The notes beneath the pieces are model-generated. The model was not told the origin of the DNA. It saw only the letters and a program-made list of their open reading frames with translations, and did not search any database. From the NCBI GenBank assembly GCA_963774195.1, contig CAVZDY010000004.1:365878-429877 (forward strand): a DNA stretch of 64,000 bases. Direction: 5' to 3'. A program made the position numbers and the translations under genes. This document shows positions 38,133 through 49,232 of the stretch, piece after piece; position 1 is the stretch's first letter; every line of letters begins with the position of its first letter. The DNA comes from an uncultured Alphaproteobacteria bacterium. GTDB taxonomy: Bacteria; Pseudomonadota; Alphaproteobacteria; Rhizobiales; Beijerinckiaceae.

Positions 38133-39622
38133 ATGTCGGCGACAGCGGCCAATTCGAAGCTCATCAAAGGCGCGACTGGAGACTGGGAGGTCGTCATCGG
38201 CCTCGAGGTTCACGCGCAGGTCAATACGCGCGCCAAGCTGTTTTCCGGCGCGTCTACGGAGTTCGGCGGAGCGCCCAATACGCATGTGTCGCTGGTCGAC
38301 GCCGCCATGCCCGGCATGCTTCCGGTCATCAACCGGGAATGCGTCGCCCAGGCGGTGCGCACCGGCCTCGGCCTCAAGGCCAAGATCAATCACGCGCTCG
38401 ACCTTCGATCGCAAGAACTACTTCTACCCCGACCTGCCGCAGGGCTATCAGATCTCGCAGTACAAGAACCCGATCGTCGGCGAAGGCGAGATCCAGGTCG
38501 ACCTGTCGCCCGAGCATGCGATCACGGTCGGCATCGAGCGTCTGCATCTCGAACAGGACGCCGGCAAGTCGCTGCACGACCAGTCGCCGACGATGAGCTT
38601 CGTCGATCTCAACCGCTCCGGCGTCGCGCTGATGGAGATCGTGTCGAAGCCCGACATGCGCTCGGCCGAGGAGGCCAAGGCCTATGTGACCAAGCTGCGC
38701 ACGATCCTGCGCTACATCGGCTCGTGCGACGGCGACATGGAGAAGGGTAACCTGCGCGCCGACGTCAACGTGTCGGTGCGCCGTCCGGGCGCGCCCTTCG
38801 GCACGCGCTGCGAGATCAAGAACGTCAATTCGATCCGCTTCATCGGCCAGGCGATCGAGACCGAGGCGCGTCGCCAGATCGCCATCATCGAGGACGGCGG
38901 GCAGATCGAGCAGGAGACGCGGCTGTTCGACCCGGACTCGCGGCGAGACGCGATCGATGCGCTCGAAGGAAGAGGCGCACGACTACCGCTATTTCCCCGA
39001 TCCCGATCTGTTGCCGCTCGAATTCGACGAGGCCTTCGTCGCTGCGCTCGGCGCCGATCTGCCGGAGCTTCCCGACGCGAAGAAGGCGCGCTTCATGGCG
39101 GATTACGGCCTCTCCGCCTACGACGCGACGATCCTCGCGGCGGACAAGGAGACGGCGGATTTCTTCGAGGCGGCAGCCAAGCACGGCGGCGCCAAGCGCG
39201 ACGCCAAGGCGGTCGCCAACTGGCTGATGGGCGATCTCTCGGCCGCCGCAAACGCCCAGAACGTCGCAGTCTCCGAGGCCGGCCTCAGCAGCGGCGCGCT
39301 CGCGACGCTCGTCGATCTGATCGGCGAGAGCGTGATCTCCGGCAAGATCGCCAAGGACCTGCTCGCGATGCTGCTCGGGCCTGACAAAGGCGCCGATCCG
39401 CGCGCACTCGTCGAAGCGCGCGGCCTCAAGCAGGTCACTGACACGGGCGCGATCGAGCGCGCTGTCGACGCTGTTCTCGCCGCCAATCCCGAGAAGGCCG
39501 AGCAGGCGAAGGCCAAGCCCGGCATGCTCGGCTGGTTCGTCGGACAGGTGATGAAGACGACCGGCGGCAAAGCGAATCCGCAAGCCGTCAGCGACGTCCT
39601 GAAAGCGCGGTTGGGTCTCTGA
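38133..39622 (+). CDS. gatB: Asp/Glu-tRNA amidotransferase subunit B (apparent frameshifts near 38395 and 38940)
   Basis: [49 protein letters not shown]. Confidence 0.9.
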
Positions 39623-40176
39623 ATCGCGCGCAAGCATCCAAGCGCTTCGCGCGATTCGACGGCGAGAGTTCGCACGTGCGAGCGCACAGCGCGTGCGACA
39701 CGAAAAAAATTCGTCGTCGCAGGCCAAGAAAAATTCGATCGCGACTCATCGTTTTCTTGCATCGTTTTGAAACGCGACGTCGAGCGCGATGCATGCCGAA
39801 GCTCGACGCAAGGCTTTGAAAATGCGGCCGACGGCGCCGATCGGAACGCCGGTCGCCGCGCGATGGCGTTTCGCGGAGTCAAGCGGAAAACATAGCTTCC
39901 GCAAGAGCAGCTGCCTTGCGATCCGTGATCTCGACGCGGCCTCGCAAAGCGATCACGAAGCCGCTCAATGCGCCTGAGGTCGCGGCTCCGCTTGCGCGCT
40001 CGACGACAAGCGCGAAGGCTCCGCTGCGCGCGATAATTCGATAGCAGGCTCTGCGAGAGGCTCGAAGTTGCAGCGGCTTCCCTTGCTCCGCGCAAAAACA
40101 AATATAACTTCTATGATGCCTTCCGTTCGCGCGAGAGAACACGCGCGTGCGGGACGATCCAGAGGGACGCATTACA

Positions 40177-40572
40177 ATGGCGAGAGCTGCTGCGAAGAAG
40201 TCGGCGACGAAAGCCGCCGCACGAAAGACCGCGAAGAAGACCACGGCCAAGAAAGCGACGAAGAAGGCCGCCGCCAAGAAGGGCGCGCGCAAAGTCGTCG
40301 CCAAGAAGGCGGCCCGCAAGTCGGCGGTGAAGAAGAGCGCTCGGAAGACCGCGGCGAAGAAGACCACGCGCAAGGTCGCCCGGAAGGCCGTGGCGAAGAA
40401 GACCGCTCGCAAGGTCGCCCGGAAAACTGTCGCCAGGAAGACCGTCGGCAGGAAGACTGCCGCCAAGAAGACCGTCGCGAGAAAGGCCGCCACCAAGCGC
40501 GCGCCCGTCAAGCGCCGGAAGGCTGCTGTTCCGACGCCGGCCACTCCGACCGACACCCCGGTCGAGTCCTGA
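40177..40572 (+). CDS. Histone H1-like Lys/Ala/Arg-rich basic protein
   Basis: Repeated KKTA/RKVA/KKAA pentamers; AAG/GCC codon usage typical of coding sequence here. Confidence 0.85.
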   Translation: MARAAAKKSATKAAARKTAKKTTAKKATKKAAAKKGARKVVAKKAARKSAVKKSARKTAAKKTTRKVARKAVAKKTARKVARKTVARKTVGRKTAAKKTVARKAATKRAPVKRRKAAVPTPATPTDTPVES

Positions 40573-40918
40573 CGTAGTCGCATTGAACGCGCATCGGCTG
40601 ATCAGACTGGGCGTGCGGCGTATCTGCCCTGTCTGATCAGCCTGCTCGGCGATGCGCTTGGGTCTCCCCACCGCAGCGTCGTATTCGTCGAGCGAGACAG
40701 CTTGTCGGCGTCAAACGTCGATTGGCGGGAAACGTTCGACGATTCGATCGAGGACCAGCGAAGTCCGAGCTCGCTCGTCCACGCGAACGACCGCTTCGCA
40801 CGCGGCGCGTGTTGATCCGCGCAAGCAAGCGAAGTAAACCTTCGATACCTTCGTCTCGGCTCTTGCATTGGCGGCGAGCGTCGGGCATATGTCCCGCCGA
40901 GGCGGCGGTATCGCCCGT

Positions 40919-41012
40919 GGAGACGTGGCCGAGAGGCTGAAGGCGGCGGTTTGCTAAACCGTTATAGGGTTGTAAAGCCCTATCGAGGGTTCGAATCCCT
41001 CCGTCTCCGCCA
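40919..41012 (+). tRNA. tRNA-Ser(GCT)
   Basis: GGAGACGTGGCCGAGAGGCTGAAGGCGGCGGTTTGCTAAACCG...long variable arm...GGTTCGAATCCCTCCGTCTCCGCCA. Confidence 0.97.
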
Positions 41013-41080
41013 TCCTACCTGCCGACAATGGCCCTTCGAGCTTAACCCGACATTACCGCCGTTCTGCCACCCTCGCGGCC

Positions 41081-42553
41081 ATGTCGATCGCGTTTCCGCT
41101 CGCCTCCGATCCGCCGAACTTGGCGCGCGCCGCCTCCCGCGGCGTCGATCCGACGGCGCTGCTCGTCGCGCTCGCGGTCTTCACGCTCGGCGCCTTCGCG
41201 CCCGCCGTCTTGAACGACGGCGACACCTGGTCGCATGTCGCGACCGGCGATTGGATTCTGCGACACGCCGACGTTCCCCGCACGGACCCTTTCTCCTACA
41301 GCTTCGCGGGCGCACCGTGGACTGCCCATGAATGGCTGAGTGAGACGCTGTTGGCGCTCGCCGATCGCCTCGCCGGATGGGGCGGCGTGATGCTGCTGAC
41401 GGGCGCGGCGGCCGGCCTTGCGGCCTTCATCATGGCCCATCGCGCGGCGCGCGATCTGACGGGCATTCCGCTCATCGTCGTGGCTGCGCTCGCCGCCAGC
41501 CTGCTCGCGCCTAGCCTGCTGGCGCGTCCGCATATGCTCGCCTTGCCGGTCCTGGCGCTGTGGGGCGCAGGCCTGATGGAGGCGCGCCGGTTGGGCCGGG
41601 CGCCTTCGCTCGCGCTCATCCCCTTGATGACGCTGTGGGCCAATCTGCACGGCGGCTTCGCGCTTGGCTTGGCGCTCATCGCGCCCTTCGCGATCGAAGG
41701 CGTCGTCGTCGCGCCGCGGGAGAGCCGAGCCGCCCAGTTCAGGAACTGGGGCGTCTTCGCCCTGGCGAGCCTCGCTGCCGCCCTGCTGACGCCCTTCGGC
41801 TTCGAGGGGCTGCTGTTCCCCTTCAAGCTGGTCGGGATCGCCCATCTCGCCAATATCGGGGAATGGCGGCCGGAGGATTTTTCCCGCACTGGACCGATGG
41901 AGGTCGCGCTACTCGCCCTGCTCGGGCTTACCCTCACGCGGCCGTTCCGGATGGCGCTGACGCCCGCGGCGGTGCTGGTCGGCTTGATCCACCTTGCGCT
42001 GCAACACACCCGCCACGAGACGCTGCTGGCGATCCTCGCCCCCATGCTGCTCGCCGAGCCGATCGCCGGGGCGCTCGCTCTGCCCTCCCCTGCCGCGGCT
42101 CCCCGCCGTTGGCCGATCCTCGCCGCGGCAGCGGTGGCGATCGGCCTCGTCGGCGCGCGCCTCGCCCTACCAGTTGTGCGGGCAGACGGACCGACCGCGC
42201 CGATCACGGCGCTGCAGGCCGTTCCCGAGGTCTTGCGGCAGCGGCCCGTGCTCAACGACTATGCCTTCGGCGGCTATCTCATTTGGGCCGGCGCGCGCCC
42301 GTTCATCGACGGCCGCGCTGATATGTACGGCGACGATTTTCTCGGCCGCTACGAGCGGATCGCCGCCGGGGATACTGACGCTCTGGAAGCGGCGCTGAAG
42401 CGCTACGACGTCGCCTGGACGATTTTTGCCCCAGGTGAGCGCGTCCTCGCGCTGATGGACCGTGAGCCGGGCTGGCGCCGGCTCTACGCCGATCGGTTTG
42501 CGGTGGTGCACGTGCGAGGAGACGCGCAAGACGCCGAGGGGTTGCGCCGATAA
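41081..42553 (+). CDS. Polytopic membrane protein, GT-C glycosyltransferase-like
   Basis: LNDGDTW.H...G.WI....DPFSY loop, WANLHGGF, C-terminal FIDGRADMY. Confidence 0.65.
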   Translation: MSIAFPLASDPPNLARAASRGVDPTALLVALAVFTLGAFAPAVLNDGDTWSHVATGDWILRHADVPRTDPFSYSFAGAPWTAHEWLSETLLALADRLAGWGGVMLLTGAAAGLAAFIMAHRAARDLTGIPLIVVAALAASLLAPSLLARPHMLALPVLALWGAGLMEARRLGRAPSLALIPLMTLWANLHGGFALGLALIAPFAIEGVVVAPRESRAAQFRNWGVFALASLAAALLTPFGFEGLLFPFKLVGIAHLANIGEWRPEDFSRTGPMEVALLALLGLTLTRPFRMALTPAAVLVGLIHLALQHTRHETLLAILAPMLLAEPIAGALALPSPAAAPRRWPILAAAAVAIGLVGARLALPVVRADGPTAPITALQAVPEVLRQRPVLNDYAFGGYLIWAGARPFIDGRADMYGDDFLGRYERIAAGDTDALEAALKRYDVAWTIFAPGERVLALMDREPGWRRLYADRFAVVHVRGDAQDAEGLRR

Positions 42554-42659
42554 ACGACCTCCATCGCGCCCCGCCCGCGAACCGGCGGCGCGGCCGCCTT
42601 GTCTGCCCGCCGCAACGCTATTATTCTGGCCACCGATAGCCAGAAGGGTGAGCCACGAA

Positions 42660-42911
42660 ATGGCGACCTACTCCATCGCAGAAGCCAAAGATCAGCTATC
42701 CAAACTCGTTCGCGAGGCAGCGGAAGGTGAGGAAGTGGCGATCACTCGGCATGGCAAGGTCGTGGCCTATCTACGCCCGGCGGCCGAACGTCCCCTCCGG
42801 CAACCGCCGCACGACCTCGTCGCGCGGATTATGGCGCGCGCCAGGAGACGTCCCCAGCTCGAAGAACCGGCTGCCGATATCGTTCGCCGTATGCGTGATG
42901 ACGGCCTATGA
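42660..42911 (+). CDS. Phd/YefM-family antitoxin
   Basis: YSIAEAKDQLSKLVREAAEGEEVAITRHGKVVA. Confidence 0.9.
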   Translation: MATYSIAEAKDQLSKLVREAAEGEEVAITRHGKVVAYLRPAAERPLRQPPHDLVARIMARARRRPQLEEPAADIVRRMRDDGL

Positions 42912-43330
42912 CTGTCTATCTCGACGCGTCGGTCGTGCTGTCTATCATAATGCTTGACGCTCACTCCGACCGAGCGGCCCGGTGGTACGCGGCGCTAGAG
43001 GCGTCGGTGATCATCAGCGACCTTGCCAATCTCGAAGTCTGCGCTGTCATTTCTAGGGAACTTCGGGCGAAGCGCTTCTCACGCGAGGCCGCGGACCAAG
43101 CCCTGCTCGACTTTGACGCGTTGCGCGCCGCGTCCGAACGGGCGGCTCTCAATGCGCAAGACTTTGCGCTGGCCGATCGGCTTGTGCGCGACTTCGCGAC
43201 CAAGCTTGCTGCGGCCGACGCGCTGCATCTCGCTTCGACAATAAGCGCCGGCGCGACGCTAGCGACCTTCGACACAAGATTGTCGGAGGCCGCTCGCGCG
43301 CAGGGCGTCGGAGTCGCGGCCATTAATTAG
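42908..43330 (+). CDS. vapC: PIN-domain (VapC) toxin
   Basis: VYLDASV, EV, ADALHLA, LATFD acidic PIN residues; overlaps the antitoxin stop. Confidence 0.9.
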   Translation: MTVYLDASVVLSIIMLDAHSDRAARWYAALEASVIISDLANLEVCAVISRELRAKRFSREAADQALLDFDALRAASERAALNAQDFALADRLVRDFATKLAAADALHLASTISAGATLATFDTRLSEAARAQGVGVAAIN

Positions 43331-43394
43331 AGAACGGCGCTATCGACGCAGCGCCGCCTATCGGCGCCCTCGACCGAAGGCCGCTATGGCTCGA

Positions 43395-43426
43395 CGTGGC
43401 TGGCCGGGACAAGCCTGGCCAGGACG
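43395..43426. repeat. Half REP-like hairpin between convergent vapC and ettA
   Basis: CGTGGCTGGCCGGGACAAGCCTGGCCAGGACG stem-loop. Confidence 0.5.
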
Positions 43427-43439
43427 GCGCCGGAGCCGC

Positions 43440-45095
43440 TCAGCGCGAAAACTTCTTATACTTCAGCCGGTGTGGAATCACGCTGTCGATGCCAAGCCGG
43501 CGCTTTTTGTCTTCTTCGTAGTCGCCGAAGTTGCCCTCGAACCACTCGACATGCGAGTCGCCCTCGAAGGCGAGCATGTGGGTGGCGATGCGGTCGAGGA
43601 AGAAGCGATCGTGGCTGATGACCACCGCGCAGCCCGCAAATTCGAGCAGCGCCTCTTCCAGCGCGCGCAAGGTGTCGACGTCGAGATCGTTGGTCGGTTC
43701 GTCGAGCAGGAGCAGATTGGCGCCGCTCTTCAGCATCTTGGCGAGGTGAACGCGATTGCGCTCGCCGCCCGAGAGCATGCCGACCTTCTTCTGCTGGTCC
43801 GCGCCCTTGAAGTTGAACGCGCCGCAATAGGCGCGCGAATTGATCTCGCGCTTGCCCAGATAGAGGATGTCGTTGCCGCCCGAGATCTCCTCCCAGACGG
43901 TCTTCTTGTCATCGAGCGCGTCGCGCGACTGGTCGACGTAGCCGAGTTGCACGGATTCGCCGACCTTGATCGCGCCCGAATCCGGCGTCTCCTGCCCCGT
44001 GATCATGCGGAACAAGGTCGACTTGCCGGCGCCGTTCGGCCCGATCACGCCGACGATGCCGCCTGGCGGCAGCTTGAAGGAGAGCTTGTCGATCAGCAGG
44101 CGGTCGCTGAAGCCCTTGGAGAGAGCTTCGAAGTCGATGACGTTGTTGCCGAGCCGCTCGGCGACCGGAATGATGATCTGAGCGGTCGTCGGCGCCTTGT
44201 CGTTCTGCTTCCTGACGAGTTCCTCGTAGGCGGCGATGCGCGCCTTGGACTTGGCCTGACGCGCCTTGGGAGATGCGGCGATCCACTCGCTTTCCTCCGC
44301 CAGCGCGCGTTGGCGCGCGACCTCCTCGCGGCTTTCCTGCTGCAGCCGCTTCTGCTTCTGCTTGAGCCAGGCGGAATAATTGCCCTCGTAGGGAATGCCG
44401 CGGCCGCGATCGAGCTCCAGGATCCAGCCGGTCACGTTGTCGAGGAAGTAGCGGTCGTGAGTGACGATCAGGATCGCCCCGGGATAGGTGCGCAAGTGCC
44501 CTTCAAGCCAGTTGACCGTTTCGGCGTCGAGATGGTTGGTCGGTTCGTCAAGCAGCAGCAGCTCGGGCTTTTCGAGCAGCAGGCGGCAGAGCGCGACGCG
44601 GCGGCGCTCGCCGCCCGAGAGCGTCTCGACGTCGGCGTCGTCGGGCGGGCACCCGAGCGCGTCCATCGCCTGCTCGACCTGGCTGTCGAGATCCCAGAGG
44701 CCCTGCGCCTCGATCTCGTCCTGCAGGCGCGTCATTTCGTCCGCCGTCTCGTCGGAATAGTTCATCGCGAGTTCGTTGTAGCGGTCGAGGATGGCCTGCT
44801 TTTCCTTGACGCCGAGCATTACGTTGCCGCGCACGCCAAGCGCCGGATCGAGATGGGGCTCCTGCGGGAGATAGCCGACCCGCGCCCCTTCGGCGACGAA
44901 ACCTTCGCCGGTGAATTCCGTGTCGATGCCCGCCATGATGCGCAGCAGCGTCGATTTACCCGAGCCGTTGACGCCGAGAACGCCGATCTTAGCGTCCGGA
45001 TAGAACGACAAGTGGATGTTTTCGAGGACCTTCTTGCCGCCGGGCCATGTCTTGTTCAGACCCTGCATGTGATAGACGAATTGACGCGCGGCCAT
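43440..45095 (-). CDS. ettA: Energy-dependent translational throttle protein EttA (ABC-F)
   Basis: Two ABC domains ([18 protein letters not shown]), [17 protein letters not shown]-terminal YKKFSR. Confidence 0.97.
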   Translation of the reverse strand: MAARQFVYHMQGLNKTWPGGKKVLENIHLSFYPDAKIGVLGVNGSGKSTLLRIMAGIDTEFTGEGFVAEGARVGYLPQEPHLDPALGVRGNVMLGVKEKQAILDRYNELAMNYSDETADEMTRLQDEIEAQGLWDLDSQVEQAMDALGCPPDDADVETLSGGERRRVALCRLLLEKPELLLLDEPTNHLDAETVNWLEGHLRTYPGAILIVTHDRYFLDNVTGWILELDRGRGIPYEGNYSAWLKQKQKRLQQESREEVARQRALAEESEWIAASPKARQAKSKARIAAYEELVRKQNDKAPTTAQIIIPVAERLGNNVIDFEALSKGFSDRLLIDKLSFKLPPGGIVGVIGPNGAGKSTLFRMITGQETPDSGAIKVGESVQLGYVDQSRDALDDKKTVWEEISGGNDILYLGKREINSRAYCGAFNFKGADQQKKVGMLSGGERNRVHLAKMLKSGANLLLLDEPTNDLDVDTLRALEEALLEFAGCAVVISHDRFFLDRIATHMLAFEGDSHVEWFEGNFGDYEEDKKRRLGIDSVIPHRLKYKKFSR

Positions 45096-45273
45096 GACGA
45101 TGCGCCCTTGAAGACGAGGGAAAAGCGGAGCGCTGGGGATTATCAGGCGCGGGCGGCGGTTACAAGGCTGCGATCTGCCCTAAAGCGCGTGGCGAAAAAG
45201 GAAATGCCGTTTTCCCTGCGGAAGCCCGCGAGATCAAGGCAAGCCAAGGTCCGCGCTCCCTGGGCGGACCCTT

Positions 45274-47982
45274 TTAGGCCGCGAAAATCCTAGCGCGCTC
45301 GGACGCGCCGTCGCCCGGGGCGTTCAGGTCGATGGCTTCGATCGGCTGCGGCCTACCGAAAAAATAGCCTTGCATCGTCGAGACGCCGAAGGCGCGCAAC
45401 GTGTCGTATTGGTCCTGTGTCTCCACCCCTTCCGCCGTCGTCTCGATGCCGAGCCCGCGCGCCAAGGCGACAATCGCCGCCACGATGGCGATCGATTGCT
45501 GGTTGCGGCAGATGTCGTCGACGAAGCCCTTGTCGATCTTCACTTTGTCGAGCGGAAAGGATTTGAGATAAGCGAGCGAGGCGAAGCCGGTGCCGAAGTC
45601 GTCGAGCGCGAAGGTCACGCCGGCGCTGCGCAACCGACCGAGCGCCCGTTTGGTCGCCTCGTTGTTGCGCAGCAGGATCGATTCGGTAATCTCTAGTTGC
45701 AGGCGGCGGGGCGTGAGCCCGCTCTCGGCGACCACGCCCAAGACCGTCTCGGCGAAATCCGGCCGCTCGATCTGTAACGAAGAGACGTTCACCGCCACGA
45801 CGATGTCCGGCGGCAGGGCGGCGGCGTCGGCGCAAGCGCGCCGCAGCACCGCATTGCCCAGCGCGACCACCAGCCCGGTCTCCTCCGCGATGCGCACGAA
45901 GATCGCCGGCGAGATGGGCCCCCGGGTCGGATGACGCCAGCGCGCGAGCGCCTCGAGGCAGACGACCCGACGCCCGGCGGCGTCGACGATCGGCTGGTAA
46001 TGGACGGAGAGCTCCTCGCGCTCGATCGCCTCGCGAAGGTCCTGCGCCAGTTGTATCCGATCGTCGTACTGGCGCTCCAATTCGGCATCGAACCGCCTGA
46101 CGCAATTGTGGTTGTCTTTCTTGGCGGCGTCGAGCGCGAGATCGGCGCGCCGCATGACGCGCGAAAAATCGCACTCGTTTTCGACATATTTGACGCCAGC
46201 GCACATGCGAAGCGCGACGACCCGGCCGCCCAGGTCGATCGGCTGCTGAATGGCCGTGACGAATCGCTCCGCGAGGCGAATGGCGTCGGCGGGTTGGAGG
46301 CTAGGGCCGGAGATGACCGCCGCGAATTCGTCGCCGCCAAGGCGCGCAACAAAGGCCTCGCGTCCTTCGGCGCACAGGCGACGGGCAACCTCGATCAGCA
46401 CGTCGTCGCCGATCTCGTGGCCGTAGTTGTCGTTCACCTCTTTGAAGCCGACGACGTCAACGAGGAGGACGGCGATCCGCTCGTTCGGCTGCTTCGTAAA
46501 GAGATCGAGCAGGTGGGTTTTGAAGGCGCTGCGGTTGGGAAGCTGCGTCAGGCTGTCGTGCAGCGCGGCGTGCGCCAGCTCCTGGGCGGCGTGCGTTCGC
46601 TCGGTCACGTCCTCGTGGACGACGGCCCAGCCGCCTCCGTCGACCTCCCTTTCCCGCGCGAGAATGATGCGTCCGTTCTTGAGGTAGTCGAGACGGCCGG
46701 GAGAACAGGGCTCGTCGAGGATCCGCATGTAATCCTGCGGCGTCGCTCGGGCGTAGGCGCCGTTGGCGATCCGCAGCGCGAGGATTTCCCGCGCATCCAT
46801 TCCAGGCCTTATCTGCTCGGCCCGCAAGCCAAAGAGTTCTGCAAAGCAGCCGTTGGAGAAGACGAGCTTGTCATTGGCGTCGAACATCGCCATGCCCTGC
46901 GACATATGATCGAGCGTTAGGCCGAAGCGTTTGCGGGTGTTGAGCAATTCGTTCTCGCTCGCCGCCAGCCGCTTGCCGCGCATCCACTCGCGGATCCGCG
47001 AGCGCGCCAGACGATCGGTGAGCCGCAACTGCAGGAATAGCAGCCCGACGATGAGCGCGATGACGATCACGCCGCCGCCGATGATCGTCTTCATGCGATT
47101 GCGCCAATGCGCGAGCGCCGCCTGCTCGGTGACGGCGACATTGACGACGAGGGGATAGCCGGCGACGGGCCGAGTGGCGACATATTTCGCATAGCCGTCG
47201 AGCATGCCCGGAGACCAGTACAATCCGCCGCCGCGCGCGGCGGCATCCCACCATTTGGCGTCGCGAGCGATGCGTGTGCCGACCCAGCCGCCACCACCGG
47301 GTTCGCGCATGGCGATCGTCCCATCCTGGTGAAACAGCGAGAAACTCACAGCGCCCTTTCCCGTCATCTCGGGATGGGCCCGAAAGAGCTTGGCCGGCGC
47401 GACCCCGATGAAGGCGACCCCAAGAAAGCGCCCGTCCGCAGCCTCGATGCGGCGGCTGAAGAAGATCGTCCAGGCGCCGGTCGATCGGCTGGCCAGCGGC
47501 CGACTGACAAAGAGACCGATGGAACGGTCGTCGCGCAAGCGCGTGAAGTACTCGCGATCGCCGACGCTCGGGGATGTATGGCCGCGGTCGTGGATGGCCG
47601 CGACGATATCGCCGGCCGCGTTGACGACGGCGATCAGATTGACCCTGCCGGCGGCGAGGCGGCGAGAGGCGAGCGCGCTCTCGATAGCCTCCGCATTGTG
47701 TGCCGTGATCGGACCGCCCTGCGTCGCGGTCGAAGCGATTTCGACGGCCTCGCGCAAAGTGAGATCGATCGTGTCCGCCGCATCCTCGACGTCCTCGGAG
47801 AGGATCGTCGCCATGTCGCTGATATGGCTGGTCGCGATCGCGACGGCGTCGGCGCGAAGCTCCCACACGGCGAAGCCGATCATCGCGACGGCCAGAGCAG
47901 CGACCAGGATCGCGACCCCGACGAAACGCCGCCCGCGCGACATCCTCCCCAACGACGTCATTTTCGCAGAATCCCCCGACAC
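45274..47982 (-). CDS. Membrane sensor diguanylate cyclase/phosphodiesterase (Cache-PAS-GGDEF-EAL)
   Basis: Two TM helices around a periplasmic domain, PAS-like segment, GGDEF, EAL and DDFGTG motifs. Confidence 0.93.
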   Translation of the reverse strand: MSGDSAKMTSLGRMSRGRRFVGVAILVAALAVAMIGFAVWELRADAVAIATSHISDMATILSEDVEDAADTIDLTLREAVEIASTATQGGPITAHNAEAIESALASRRLAAGRVNLIAVVNAAGDIVAAIHDRGHTSPSVGDREYFTRLRDDRSIGLFVSRPLASRSTGAWTIFFSRRIEAADGRFLGVAFIGVAPAKLFRAHPEMTGKGAVSFSLFHQDGTIAMREPGGGGWVGTRIARDAKWWDAAARGGGLYWSPGMLDGYAKYVATRPVAGYPLVVNVAVTEQAALAHWRNRMKTIIGGGVIVIALIVGLLFLQLRLTDRLARSRIREWMRGKRLAASENELLNTRKRFGLTLDHMSQGMAMFDANDKLVFSNGCFAELFGLRAEQIRPGMDAREILALRIANGAYARATPQDYMRILDEPCSPGRLDYLKNGRIILAREREVDGGGWAVVHEDVTERTHAAQELAHAALHDSLTQLPNRSAFKTHLLDLFTKQPNERIAVLLVDVVGFKEVNDNYGHEIGDDVLIEVARRLCAEGREAFVARLGGDEFAAVISGPSLQPADAIRLAERFVTAIQQPIDLGGRVVALRMCAGVKYVENECDFSRVMRRADLALDAAKKDNHNCVRRFDAELERQYDDRIQLAQDLREAIEREELSVHYQPIVDAAGRRVVCLEALARWRHPTRGPISPAIFVRIAEETGLVVALGNAVLRRACADAAALPPDIVVAVNVSSLQIERPDFAETVLGVVAESGLTPRRLQLEITESILLRNNEATKRALGRLRSAGVTFALDDFGTGFASLAYLKSFPLDKVKIDKGFVDDICRNQQSIAIVAAIVALARGLGIETTAEGVETQDQYDTLRAFGVSTMQGYFFGRPQPIEAIDLNAPGDGASERARIFAA

Positions 47983-48098
47983 CTGCGGGCGCGATGCTAG
48001 GGAGCGTCTCTTAATTTATCCCTTGGCCGTCGGAGCCGACCGCCCGCAACTTAGCGTTAGGTAAATCAAGGGTTTCGCCGGAATCGCATTGTGTAATC

Positions 48099-49109
48099 TC
48101 ACAGCGCGCCAGCGGCCAAACGGGCCCAAGCGAGACGCGCTGCGAAGCCCAGTCCGCCGAGCAATTGCCGCAGGACGTTCTTGCGCTCTTCGGCGGCGAC
48201 CTCGAACAGGCGCGCTTCGGCTCGGGCGCGGAACAGCAATTCGTCGCCGGTCGACAGGGCGTCGACGAGGCCGAGGCCGAGCGCTTCCGACGCGAGCCAG
48301 ACGTCGCCGTTGGCGACCTTGTCGATGTCCAGGCTCGGCCGCCGCTCCTGGACGAAGCTCTTGAACGCCTCGTGAGTCGTGTCGAGCTTGCCCCGGAAAT
48401 GCTCGCGTCCAGCGGGGGTAATTTCGCCGAGCATCGAGACGCTGCGCTTGAACTCGCCCGCCGTCATCTCCTCGAAGTCGATGTCGTTGCGCTTGAGCAA
48501 ACGATGCAGATTGGGGATCTGAGCCACGACTCCGATACTGCCGATCATCGCGAAAGGCGCAGCGATGATTCTGTCGGCGGCGCACGCCATCATATAGCCG
48601 CCGCTGGCCGCGACCTGATCGACCGAGGCGGTCACGCGGATCTTGCGGTCGCCGAGCCGCATCACTTGTGCAGCGGCAAGGCCGTAGCCGGTCACCGTGC
48701 CGCCTGGACTTTCGATGCGAAGCACGACCTCGTCGACCTCGGGTCGCGCCGCGGTCAGCACGGCGTCGATCTCCGCAGCGAGCCGCTTGACGGCGTGCGC
48801 GCGGACGTCGCCCTTGAAGGCGAGGACGAAAATGCGCTTGCCGGAAGCGCGGGTCTTGGCGGCCTCCTTAGCCTCTTTCTTGCAGGCGGCGGCAAAGGCT
48901 TTGCGGGCCTTCTTATCGAGGATTTGCGCATGCATGGCGTCGCGCATCGCATCATAGCGCTCATCGAGCGAGCGTACCTTGATGTCGGCGGCGTGAGGCT
49001 CGCCGCCGCCGCGCGTCAGGCGCACGACGAGGGCGATGAGCGCCCCAGCCGCCGCAACGATCAGAAACGCCTTCAGCGCGAAGGCGGCGATATCCAACCA
49101 GAACGCCAC
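48099..49109 (-). CDS. sohB: Protease SohB (S49 family)
   Basis: VLAFKGD, LRIESPGG.V.GYGLAA, VAASGGYMMAC, TAGEFKR. Confidence 0.92.
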   Translation of the reverse strand: MAFWLDIAAFALKAFLIVAAAGALIALVVRLTRGGGEPHAADIKVRSLDERYDAMRDAMHAQILDKKARKAFAAACKKEAKEAAKTRASGKRIFVLAFKGDVRAHAVKRLAAEIDAVLTAARPEVDEVVLRIESPGGTVTGYGLAAAQVMRLGDRKIRVTASVDQVAASGGYMMACAADRIIAAPFAMIGSIGVVAQIPNLHRLLKRNDIDFEEMTAGEFKRSVSMLGEITPAGREHFRGKLDTTHEAFKSFVQERRPSLDIDKVANGDVWLASEALGLGLVDALSTGDELLFRARAEARLFEVAAEERKNVLRQLLGGLGFAARLAWARLAAGAL

Positions 49110-49232
49110 GCCGGCTCCCTTTGCGCGCAGCCCGGCAGCCGAAGGACCGGCTGACGGCCACAAAAGGCAATTTCACGTCAATGCGACAATGGCAAGCCGC
49201 CTTTTCTCCACGAGTTATCTGCGCTGAGGCGA

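Noticed and set aside
36553-39622. gatA/gatB as true pseudogenes or programmed frameshifts
   Set aside because: The genes are essential, the breaks show no slippery heptamers, and similar indels are scattered across the window; assembly error is more likely.
40919-43330. Possible island at tRNA-Ser carrying vapBC
   Set aside because: No integrase and no duplicated tRNA 3' end found downstream in the window.
43386-45293. 635-aa plus-strand ORF and similar long shadow ORFs (e.g. 25587-27104, 56931-58451, 9838-11040)
   Set aside because: They are antisense or off-frame shadows of well-supported genes, expected in high-GC DNA.
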